A stretch of 30,823 nucleotides of DNA from the NCBI GenBank assembly GCA_031266555.1, contig JAISAU010000015.1:1-30823 (forward strand), read 5' to 3'. This DNA comes from Campylobacteraceae bacterium (GTDB taxonomy: Bacteria > Campylobacterota > Campylobacteria > Campylobacterales > Campylobacteraceae). The notes under the pieces were generated by a model, which worked only from the letters and a program-made list of their open reading frames with translations, ran no database searches and had not been told where the DNA came from. The translations under genes and the position numbers were made by a program. Shown piece by piece: positions 1 through 7,756 of this stretch (positions are counted from its first letter, which is position 1; every line of letters begins with the position of its first letter).

Positions 1-175
1 CGCTAACGCTCCTCGCAATGACGAAAATTTTTCAAACTTATATATTCAATTCCTACATGTAAGACATTTTCACACTTATAGTTTGCTATGCAAACTTCGT
101 TTGCTCGCAATGACGAAATTACAATTCTTTGTCGTTATGAACTAAACGTGGCAATCCACTTTTTCATCATTGTGA
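1..175. repeat. Two degenerate, oppositely oriented copies of a ~35-nt box with core CTCGCAATGACG / CGTCATTGCGAG, plus a TACATGTAA motif at 54-62. The window starts inside the first copy.
   Basis: cgctaacgctcctcgcaatgacg (1-23) matches the box at 1650-1683 and 1812-1845. gtcgttatgaactaaacgtggcaatcc (~132-160) matches the inverted copy gtcattgcgagcgaagcgcggcaatcc at 1697-1730. Confidence 0.5.
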
Positions 176-259
176 ATAATTTGTATTGTTACATGCAAGG
201 TATAAGCAAATAGAGTTACAAAAAGCAGAATATAAATTATTCGTATTTGTATCGTTATA

Positions 260-350
260 TGTAAAGCTTGGATTGCTTCGTCGCTAATGCTTCAAGCTCA
301 TGACGGAAAGAGCGGAGCGACTATACGCCGCTCCTGTCGCTCTATCTGTT
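260..350 (-). repeat. 3' flank module of paralog copy 1: a TATATGTAAAG motif, a diverged GGATTGCTTCGTCGCTAA box, and a GC-rich hairpin (AGAGC..GGAGCGG-N9-CCGCTCC..GCTCT) directly after the stop codon. It may act as a terminator.
   Basis: The same module recurs at 1801-1899 after copy 2 and as a hairpin-only version at 3815-3872 after copy 3. The stem complementarity is visible in the sequence; the downstream U-tract is weak. Confidence 0.5.
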
Positions 351-351
351 T

Positions 352-1218
352 TCACACATAGCTGCTAACCACAAATGTTAAGCCATTTATATATGCTTTA
401 CCATCGCCAGTACCATCGTTACCTATTACATTTATAGTAACTCCTTGCGGCATCTCTTGATTGCCATAGTGAAGATAAGTAATAAATACGCGAGTTATTT
501 CCGTGCCGTTTATATCTACTACAGGAGGGTAAAACATTGCTCCAGATTTAAAATCTTTATTAGATTTTTGCATTATAGTGGTATATTGTATGCCATTTAT
601 GGAATATAAGACGTTAATTATACCGTATCCGCTCCAATTGGGCACTGAAGGTGTTAATTTATAGCTAAAATTTATAGAGCTATTAATATCAACGGTATAA
701 TTTTCTAATGTAAATAAGTCTGCAGCTTTTATAGTTTTTTTAAATAGCGTAATCAACATCCGACAAGTTCCCATAGGATCATCTTCTGGTGTAAGACTAT
801 AATATTGCAACGAACCTCCATTATTTTTGCCTGTAAGAGATTGCAAAAAAGAGCTTGAAAATATTTGCTCCATTACTTGCTTTCCGCCGTTTCTATTATT
901 ATCAACAAAATCCAAAGCATGCGCCAAGGTTTGCCCTGCAGTACCTACAAACACAGCTGCATAATTATTGTTTATATCGTAAGGATCATCTGTATCTGTT
1001 CTTATCTCAAACATGATATTGACATAAACATAATCGAACATACTCCAGTCTATATCTGTCAAATCAGGATTCATATTTTGCTCAAGCTCTAATATAACCT
1101 CGTTAAGAGGTAATTCCTCGCCATCTAATTCAACCTCCCTGAACATATTATTGATTATTGTGTAATCCTCAATAAGCTTTTCAAAACTCATCGTACCGTC
1201 ACAACATAAATTTCTCAT
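352..1218 (-). CDS. Paralog 1 of a tandem three-member family of unknown function. It has conserved N- and C-termini, a variable core and no signal peptide.
   Basis: 288-aa ORF. Shares MRNLCC[DN]GTMSFEKLIE[DN]Y, HALDF[VI]DNNRNGGKQVM, ITLFKK, NYTVDINSS, PP[VI]VDINGTEI and the C-terminal NTGDGKAYINGLTF[VI]V..YV blocks with the ORFs at 1900-2760 and 3873-4748. AAGGAG-type RBS (ggagacaagacgATG). Confidence 0.85.
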   Translation of the reverse strand: MRNLCCDGTMSFEKLIEDYTIINNMFREVELDGEELPLNEVILELEQNMNPDLTDIDWSMFDYVYVNIMFEIRTDTDDPYDINNNYAAVFVGTAGQTLAHALDFVDNNRNGGKQVMEQIFSSSFLQSLTGKNNGGSLQYYSLTPEDDPMGTCRMLITLFKKTIKAADLFTLENYTVDINSSINFSYKLTPSVPNWSGYGIINVLYSINGIQYTTIMQKSNKDFKSGAMFYPPVVDINGTEITRVFITYLHYGNQEMPQGVTINVIGNDGTGDGKAYINGLTFVVSSYV

Positions 1219-1563
1219 CGTCTTGTCTCCTTGTTATTTATAAATACATTAGGCTTAGCTTGTTATAGCATTTACCGCCACTTACCGACATCGTTTTATT
1301 TATCTTGCTTTGTTTTTTATGTAGGATTTGACAAAGTTTCAGATAATCCGACACTCTCGTTGGCTTGCCGAGTTGTGAGTTATTTGTTTATTGTAAAAGT
1401 TATGTTGTTTTATCCAATGTATTTGTACCTCCGAGACTAAGGTTAAGAGATTTATAACTCTTTTTTTACATTATATTTATAGGATACTCTTTAATTTCTT
1501 AAAATACTCTTTTGTTTTTATTGGCTTATTTTGTAAATGAATGCAAAAATATGTTACATGTAG
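1219..1563 (-). promoter_or_regulatory. Conserved leader/promoter region of paralog 1. It contains a TACATGTAG motif (~1554-1563), a direct repeat ATACTCTT-N13-ATACTCTT (~1484-1515), a -10-like TATAAAT (~1448-1456) and a ~220-nt putative 5' UTR.
   Basis: The same architecture and many identical sequence blocks are found upstream of copies 2 (2761-3146) and 3 (4749-5234). Confidence 0.45.
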
Positions 1564-1624
1564 TACAGCGAATGACGGCAGAGCATAAAATAATTTTTGA
1601 GATATAAAAGTTGTTTATAACATT

Positions 1625-1745
1625 ACACGTAAAGCGTTTTGTACTTCTGGATTGCTTCGTCGCTAACGCTCCTCACAATGACACAATTATTTTTCGTCAT
1701 TGCGAGCGAAGCGCGGCAATCCACTTCTTTGTCACCGTTATATGT
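1625..1745. repeat. Box repeat pair: a direct copy at 1650-1683 and an inverted copy at 1697-1730, flanked by TACACGTAAAG and TATATGTAAGAC motifs.
   Basis: ggattgcttcgtcgctaacgctcctcacaatgac ... gtcattgcgagcgaagcgcggcaatcc together form a ~80-nt imperfect inverted repeat. Confidence 0.55.
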
Positions 1746-1800
1746 AAGACGTAAACTAGGTCCTGAACTATTAGTGCTTTGGTATAAACGCACAAATAAA

Positions 1801-1899
1801 CGTTACATGTAAAGATGGATTGCTTCGTCGTTAATACTCCTCGCAATGACGGAAGGAGCGGAGCGACTGTAACGCCGCTCCTGTTACTCTATCTATATT
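1801..1899 (-). repeat. 3' flank module of paralog copy 2: TTACATGTAAAG, the box, and a GGAGCGG/CCGCTCC hairpin.
   Basis: Near-identical to 260-350. Confidence 0.55.
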
Positions 1900-2760
1900 T
1901 CACACATAGCCGTCAACTACGAACGTTAAGCCATTTATATATGCTTTACCATCGCCAGTATTATTACCATACACAGCTATGTTAATTCCTTGCGGCATTG
2001 CTCGGTCATCATAGCTGTAAGAAATATATACATTGACTATTTCCGTACCATTTATATCTACTACAGGAGGAGTAAATTCTTTTCCACCAGTAAAATCTTT
2101 ACCAGATTTCCTGGCCATAGAAGTATACTGTACATCATTTATAGAAAATAAAACATTAACTATATTATATCCGTTCCACATTGGTACTGAAGGCGTTAAT
2201 TCATAACTAAAATTTGCAGAACTATTAATATCAACAGTATAATTTCCTACTGGAAATACATCCATAGCATTAATAGGTTTTTTGAACAGTGTTATTGCCA
2301 TAAAGCAATCTCCCGTCGGGTTACTTTCCGGCGAAAAACTATAGTATCTTATTGTGCTACCGCTTTTATTTGCAAGAGCTTGCAAAAAACTGCTTGAATA
2401 GACATTGCTCATCACTTGTTTACCACCATTTCTATTGTTGTCTATAAAGTCAAGTGCGTGACTAAGAATAAAACTTGCATGTGTAGTGGCAACTAATAAA
2501 ACAGCATAATTATCGTCTATATTATAAGATTCGTCTACACTACTCCTAATCCCAATGGCAGCATTTACATACACATAATCAAACATGGTCCAATTAATGC
2601 TTTGTAAATTAGGGTTGATTTTTTGTTCCATTTCTAAAATATACTCATCGAGGTTTATTTCTTCATCATAGTCAAATATTACTTCTGAGTTTTCGACTAT
2701 AGCGTAATTCTCAATAAGTTTTTCAAAACTCATTGTACCGTTACAACATAAATTTCTCAT
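1900..2760 (-). CDS. Paralog 2 of the three-member family.
   Basis: 286-aa ORF with the conserved termini and internal blocks described for 352-1218. Same RBS context. Confidence 0.85.
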   Translation of the reverse strand: MRNLCCNGTMSFEKLIENYAIVENSEVIFDYDEEINLDEYILEMEQKINPNLQSINWTMFDYVYVNAAIGIRSSVDESYNIDDNYAVLLVATTHASFILSHALDFIDNNRNGGKQVMSNVYSSSFLQALANKSGSTIRYYSFSPESNPTGDCFMAITLFKKPINAMDVFPVGNYTVDINSSANFSYELTPSVPMWNGYNIVNVLFSINDVQYTSMARKSGKDFTGGKEFTPPVVDINGTEIVNVYISYSYDDRAMPQGINIAVYGNNTGDGKAYINGLTFVVDGYV

Positions 2761-3146
2761 TGTCTTGTCTCCTTGATTTTTTTAATAAAAAGATTAGGTT
2801 CCGCATATCACAGCATTCACCGCCACTTACCGACATCGTTCTATTTATCTTAGCTTTGTTTTTTCATAACCGTAGTTTTGATTTAACAAAGTTTCAGATA
2901 ATCCGACACTCTTATTGGCTTGCCAAGTTGTGAGTTATGATTTGTTATAGACATTATGTTGTTTTATGTAACGTATCCGCACCTCCGAGATTGAAGTAAA
3001 GTGATTTATAATATTTTCTTATATTATTTGTAGGATACTGCTTCGTCTCTTAAAATATTCTTTTATTTTTTAGTAGTTTATTTATATTTGTTGTTATTTT
3101 TTTAAACTTTTTCCAGCAAAATTGCAAAAGTTATGCTACATGTAGC
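2761..3146 (-). promoter_or_regulatory. Conserved leader/promoter of paralog 2, with CTACATGTAG at 3137-3146.
   Basis: Alignable by eye to 1219-1563 (ccgccacttaccgacatcgtt, cagataatccgacactct, ttggcttgcc, gttgtgagttat, taggatact, gtaaatga, gttacatgtag). Confidence 0.45.
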
Positions 3147-3266
3147 AAATAAATAGCTAAAAACTTGTCAAATTAGATAGCAAATTAGAGTATGTTTCTT
3201 TTTATGTATTGTATAAGAATTTTTAAGTATTTTTTAAATCAGCGGAGTTACAAAAAACAGATGAAT

Positions 3267-3527
3267 TTAATCATATATATTTTTTCTGTGCGCTATTTCC
3301 AAAACTAAAACAATTAACTTGTCGTCTTGAATTTCGCATATCAAACGATAGTCATTTACACGATAACGCCAAAAACCTTTTAAATTACTTGATAATGCTT
3401 TTCCGCGACTTTTTGGATTTTCAAGAGTTTCTAACTCCTCTTTCCACTTTTTAATCGATTTTTGTACTGAATTGTCAAGCTTTGATAATTGCTTTTCTGC
3501 TTTTGGAGTAAACTCTACGCTCGTCAT
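3267..3527 (-). CDS. relE: RelE/ParE-family toxin.
   Basis: 86 aa. The C-terminal YRLICEI...LIVLVLEIAHRKNIY block is the typical RelE/ParE signature. It overlaps the upstream antitoxin by 4 nt. Confidence 0.8.
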   Translation of the reverse strand: MTSVEFTPKAEKQLSKLDNSVQKSIKKWKEELETLENPKSRGKALSSNLKGFWRYRVNDYRLICEIQDDKLIVLVLEIAHRKNIYD

Positions 3528-3745
3528 AAGCCAAGCTTTTTAAAAACTTCGTTAGCAGATATTGATTTTTCTCCGCTATCTTTGAACTCTTTCAAAGCCT
3601 TTACAGCTCTATAGTAATCTTCCAAATCCTCTAAATGCGTACTTATAGCCTCTTTGATGATATGCGCTTTTGAAACTTTTGCCTCTTTGCTGATAGTTGA
3701 CAATCTATCCTCCATATCTTTTGGCAGTCTTATAGATAAAGGCAT
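3524..3745 (-). CDS. relB: RelB/ParD-type ribbon-helix-helix antitoxin.
   Basis: The N-terminus MPLSIRLPKDMEDRLSTIS is an RHH strand-helix. The ORF track begins 2 codons earlier at a TTG; the ATG at 3745 has an AAGGAG RBS 6 nt upstream. Confidence 0.75.
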   Translation of the reverse strand: MPLSIRLPKDMEDRLSTISKEAKVSKAHIIKEAISTHLEDLEDYYRAVKALKEFKDSGEKSISANEVFKKLGL

Positions 3746-3757
3746 AAACAACTCCTT

Positions 3758-3786
3758 AATAATACAATGTATTCGTCATTATACAC
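3758..3786 (-). promoter_or_regulatory. relBE promoter: TG-TATAAT (-10, complement of 3778-3786) and a 13-bp palindrome AATACAATGTATT (3761-3773) between the -10 and the RBS, probably the operator for autorepression.
   Basis: Read directly on the minus strand as agtgTATAATgacgAATACATTGTATTattAAGGAGttgtttATG. Confidence 0.5.
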
Positions 3787-3814
3787 TATTTTTCGCAAAA
3801 CTGTTGCGGCGTTT

Positions 3815-3872
3815 TGAGCTTTTAATAAAGAACGGAGCGGCTATGACACCGCTCCTGTCGCTCTATCCGTTT
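3815..3872 (-). repeat. 3' flank hairpin of paralog copy 3 (GGAGCGG-N-CCGCTCC). The box part is missing.
   Basis: gaacggagcggctatgacaccgctcctgtcgctctatc matches the hairpin portion of 260-350 and 1801-1899. Confidence 0.5.
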
Positions 3873-4748
3873 CTACACATAGCCGTCAACTATGAATGTT
3901 AAGCCATTTATATATGCTTTACCATCGCCTGTATTGTTACCATTTGTATATATAGTAACTCCTTGCGGCCTCGTTTCATCGCTATAGGGGATGTAAGTAA
4001 TATATATGTGTGTTATTTCTGTACCATTTATATCTACTATAGGTGGGTCAAAACTTTTTTCAGCTTCAAAATATTTACCACCAGACTTATGAACCATAGC
4101 ATCATATTGTATGTTATTTATCAAAAATACGACATTAACTGTATTGTATCCGCTCCACGTTGATACAGAAGGTGTTAATTCGTAACTAAAATGTATGCTA
4201 TCATTAATATCAACGGTATAATTTCCTAACCCGAATATATCCGTAACATTTATAGGTTTTTTGAACAATGTTATTGCGAGCCAGCATCGTCCCATCGGAT
4301 TATTTTCCGGAGCGTAACTATAATATTGCAATGAACCTCCTTCGTTTTTGCTTGTACAAGTTCGCAAAAAAGAGCTTGAAAATATTTGCTCCATCACTTG
4401 CTTGCCACCGTTTCGATTATTGTCAACGAAATCTAGAGCATGCGTTAAACCTGATTCTTCTGCAGTACCCAAAAGAACAGCCGCGTAATTGTCGTTTATG
4501 TCGTAAGGATTATCCATATCAGTTCTTATCTCAAATGCAGTATTTATATAAGCATAATCAAACATACCCCAGTCTACGTCTGTCAAGTTAGGATTTATAT
4601 CTTGCTCAAGTTTTAATATCAGCTCGTTAAGATATATTCCCTCATCATCCAAACTTACATTTTCAGTTAAGCTTCCAATAACAACTATCGCATAATCCTC
4701 AATAAGTTTCTCAAAACTCATTGTACCGTCGCAGCATAAATTTCTCAT
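3873..4748 (-). CDS. Paralog 3 of the three-member family.
   Basis: 291-aa ORF with the conserved termini and blocks described for 352-1218. Confidence 0.85.
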   Translation of the reverse strand: MRNLCCDGTMSFEKLIEDYAIVVIGSLTENVSLDDEGIYLNELILKLEQDINPNLTDVDWGMFDYAYINTAFEIRTDMDNPYDINDNYAAVLLGTAEESGLTHALDFVDNNRNGGKQVMEQIFSSSFLRTCTSKNEGGSLQYYSYAPENNPMGRCWLAITLFKKPINVTDIFGLGNYTVDINDSIHFSYELTPSVSTWSGYNTVNVVFLINNIQYDAMVHKSGGKYFEAEKSFDPPIVDINGTEITHIYITYIPYSDETRPQGVTIYTNGNNTGDGKAYINGLTFIVDGYV

Positions 4749-5234
4749 TGTCTTGTCTCCTTGATTATTTAATAAAATATTGGGTTCCGCTCGTTATAGC
4801 GGTCGCCGACACTTACCGACATCGCTCTATTTATCTTGACTTTGTTTTTTGTGACCACAATTAATTTGCAAAGTCTGACTTAACAAAGTTCCAGATAATC
4901 CGACACTCTCGTTGGCTTGCCAAGTTGTGAGTTATTGTTTGTTGTAGACATTATGTTGTTCTATCCAATCTATTCGCACCTCTGAAATTAAAATAAAATA
5001 ATTTATAATTATTTTTTAATTATCTTATTAATATCAGGGTACTCTTTAGTCTCTTAAAATACTCTTGTATTTTTTTCTTAGCTTATATGGATTAGTTACT
5101 ATTATTTGAAATTTTTCTCGTAAATGAGTGCAAAAAATTAGATTATTAAAATATAAAATGGACTATTGTTTATTTTGGATAGCGTTAACAGAATAGATAT
5201 TTTTTTGAATTTGAGGCAAATATGTTACATGTAG
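4749..5234 (-). promoter_or_regulatory. Conserved leader/promoter of paralog 3, with TTACATGTAG at 5225-5234. It is ~90 nt longer than the other two leaders.
   Basis: Shares the same blocks with the two other leaders. Confidence 0.4.
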
Positions 5235-5268
5235 TGCGATAAATAACAATGGAACGCAAAATGATTTT

Positions 5269-5982
5269 TTAAGTTTGAATTTTCAACACGCTAAAAATAT
5301 TGTCGCAAGATTTTACAATTAATTCTTTAGCATTTATAATGGTATTTTCATACTCTTTAGCAGGTTGAATGTATTCTATATCGCGCCTATATTTGCTCAT
5401 GTCAAATGTTTTTAATGCTTTATATATAGTTTTTATATCGTTTTCGTTTATCGCTTCTTGTTTAAGCAATTTATCGAGTATATTTTTATCGTTGTGAATA
5501 GCAACGGCTATATCGGCTATATCTCTTGATTTATTTTGCGAACCTCTATGTACTATTTTCTTTGCCAATATATCTTCTATACTTTCAATATAAATGTTAT
5601 ACTTGAATAACTCTTTCGATGTGTCTACCAAAGGTTTTGATATAAAATCTTGAGCTACTAAAATATCGACTTTTATGTTATCTTTTGTCATAAATCGTAC
5701 ATGATGGTTTAAATCCTCTATGTAATCGTCTGACTTGAAATATCTGCTTTCTTCGAGCCAAAATCTTGGTCTTATGCAATCAAGCACTTGAGGGTCTGTC
5801 GTAAAAATATCTACATCATAGCTTTTTCTATGTTGAAAATAGTATATGGCAAGAGCTGTACCACCTCCGAAACGCAACAGCGATAAATCCTTGTTCGGCA
5901 AAAGCTCTATGCATTCGTCCAAAAAATGATTTAGAGCGTTTATTTGTTCTTTGTATATATTTTTTATCTCACAAATTTGCAT
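5269..5982 (-). CDS. AbiEii/DUF1814-family nucleotidyltransferase, a putative type IV toxin.
   Basis: 237 aa. The N-terminal RFGGGTALAIYYF...RKSYDVDIFT block matches the AbiEii nucleotidyltransferase fold signature (GGTAL plus acidic DxD). Confidence 0.65.
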   Translation of the reverse strand: MQICEIKNIYKEQINALNHFLDECIELLPNKDLSLLRFGGGTALAIYYFQHRKSYDVDIFTTDPQVLDCIRPRFWLEESRYFKSDDYIEDLNHHVRFMTKDNIKVDILVAQDFISKPLVDTSKELFKYNIYIESIEDILAKKIVHRGSQNKSRDIADIAVAIHNDKNILDKLLKQEAINENDIKTIYKALKTFDMSKYRRDIEYIQPAKEYENTIINAKELIVKSCDNIFSVLKIQT

Positions 5983-6205
5983 ATAATACTTTGCTTATCT
6001 GTTTCATAGGTATATTGTGAATTTTTGCAAACGCTTCTATCTCTTGTGGTAAAGCTTCCTCCCTAATTGTATCAACTATGTATTGCTCAATATTATTTTT
6101 AGTTTTTCCATGCAAAAAAATATCCGCTATTTGCTTGCCCGTTAAATGTTTCTTTTTATCACCAATGGAGCAGTTAGCAGTTGCTATAAGCATTGCGTCT
6201 GTCAT
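5969..6205 (-). CDS. Small protein encoded upstream of, and overlapping, the AbiEii-like gene. It is the putative cognate antitoxin but is much shorter than a canonical AbiEi.
   Basis: 78 aa. It overlaps the downstream gene by 14 nt. A promoter sits immediately upstream. Confidence 0.5.
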   Translation of the reverse strand: MTDAMLIATANCSIGDKKKHLTGKQIADIFLHGKTKNNIEQYIVDTIREEALPQEIEAFAKIHNIPMKQISKVLYANL

Positions 6206-6225
6206 TTTAAATCCTTTAAAATAAC

Positions 6226-6255
6226 ATTGTATTCCAAAAAAATATAAAAAGTCAA
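6226..6255 (-). promoter_or_regulatory. Sigma70-like promoter for the two-gene AbiE-like operon: TTGACT-N18-TACAAT on the minus strand.
   Basis: -35 is the complement of 6250-6255 and -10 the complement of 6226-6231. An AGGA RBS lies 7 nt before the ATG at 6205. Confidence 0.4.
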
Positions 6256-6466
6256 GCCCAACACGTCAAATTCTTTTTTGTAAATTCATTAGTCAGCTAA
6301 CTTTTTATCTTAGATATTCCTAATTTACGCGCTCAGAAAATCGCACTTAGTTACATGTAGTCAAAATAAGAATCACGCTTACATGTAGTATCAATATCAT
6401 ATTAAAATCAATAAGTCGCGTTACATGTAAGAGTGTTATTCAGATATTACTTTTAAAAGTGTCAAT

Positions 6467-7756
6467 TTATTTGGTAGCTTGGCTTTTTTTATTTTCTCGT
6501 ATCGCTTTGGCTATCAATTCCAACGGATGAGAAAATACAATTTTCACATTATCTTTATCAAGCGCGTTTGAAAGCTGCATTCTGCACGCTCCGCACTCGG
6601 CGCTGAGAATTTTCGCTCCAGTTTGTTTTATCATCTCTACTTTTGGTTTTGCCGCATTTTTCGCTAATTCAAACTTTTCGCTTTGTATCGTAACGCCGCC
6701 AAATCCACAGCATTGATTTGGGTCGCTCATCTCGATAAGCTCGTAATTTTCGGACAAAAGAGCGCGCGGTTCTTTGAATATTTTCAAAACTTTTCTGGCG
6801 TGACACGGATCGTGATAAGTAACGCTTTTCTTTTCTACATATAAGGCTTTTAAGTGTTTCGCGAGGTCTGTTTTAGCGTATAGCCATTCGCTTGCCATAA
6901 AAACTTTAGAAGTTATTTTCGTCACTCTTGCCAACCATTCGGGTTGTTCTTGCATAAAACGTCCCCAATCCTCTTTTATCATAGCCGCGCATGTAGCTTC
7001 CGGTACGATAATGGCATCAACATCGTCTATAAAAGTCTCAAAATATTCAACATTTTGCTTTATCAACCTATCTACCGTTTTAAAATCTCCGGTAAAAAAA
7101 GCAGGCGCGCCGCAACAACGCTGTTTTGGCGGAATAAAAACATTGATTTTTAAAACTTTTAGTATCTCAAGCAAACTATCAGCGGTTTTCGTATAATGAT
7201 AATTTGAAAAACATCCTACAAATAGAGCGATTTTCTTAGTATCGGAACCGTTTTTTATATCGCCTTTGTGTTTTTGCAAAAAACTTCTTTTGTTTAATAG
7301 AGGAAATACTCTTTTTTTTACAAAAGGCAGAGATAAACGCGGTTTCATAGACTCTGTTTCGCGGTCTATTTTAAATAAAACAGGCAAAAACACGGAAAGA
7401 AAAGAGAAGCTAAAATCCATCACCCTTCTATGTCTCAAAAGAAAAAAATAGACTCTTTTAAACCACGCTATACCGAATTTCTCGGCTATCTTAAAGCGAA
7501 TATTTTCTATCGCCAAATCAGTAGGCAAAGAGGTCGGACAAATGCTAACGCAAGTCGTGCACAAAAAACATTTTTCAAATATATCTTTGGTATTTTTATC
7601 AAGCTCCAATTCTCCGCGTTGATACGCTCCGACAAGTTCCAAAAAACCTCTGGGACTTGTAACCTCATCGCTGTTTATCTTATGTATCGTGCAACTTGGA
7701 ACGCATTTGCCACATTTTACGCAAGCTTCGCTTGCTTTTGTAAAATCAAAATTCAT
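6467..7756 (-). CDS. Fe-S oxidoreductase of the GlcF/GlpC type: 2x[4Fe-4S] ferredoxin motifs plus two CCG cysteine-rich domains.
   Basis: 429 aa. CVKCGKCVPSC and CFLCTTCVSICP cluster motifs, CCGAPAFF and CCGFGG CCG motifs. The start overlaps the hemN stop by 4 nt. Confidence 0.75.
   Translation of the reverse strand: MNFDFTKASEACVKCGKCVPSCTIHKINSDEVTSPRGFLELVGAYQRGELELDKNTKDIFEKCFLCTTCVSICPTSLPTDLAIENIRFKIAEKFGIAWFKRVYFFLLRHRRVMDFSFSFLSVFLPVLFKIDRETESMKPRLSLPFVKKRVFPLLNKRSFLQKHKGDIKNGSDTKKIALFVGCFSNYHYTKTADSLLEILKVLKINVFIPPKQRCCGAPAFFTGDFKTVDRLIKQNVEYFETFIDDVDAIIVPEATCAAMIKEDWGRFMQEQPEWLARVTKITSKVFMASEWLYAKTDLAKHLKALYVEKKSVTYHDPCHARKVLKIFKEPRALLSENYELIEMSDPNQCCGFGGVTIQSEKFELAKNAAKPKVEMIKQTGAKILSAECGACRMQLSNALDKDNVKIVFSHPLELIAKAIRENKKSQATK

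Noticed and set aside
1-350. Box repeats as fragments of a degraded protein-coding gene
   Set aside because: The copies occur in both orientations and in all frames relative to one another, with stop codons in every frame. They behave like non-coding structured repeats.
865-4591. Plus-strand ORFs of 66-107 aa (865-1092, 1231-1440, 2733-2933, 3654-3902, 3963-4163, 4268-4591) overlapping the paralog genes and their leaders
   Set aside because: They are antisense to well-supported genes or lie inside the conserved leaders. They have no RBS, are low-complexity and AT-codon rich, and are not conserved between the three cassette copies.
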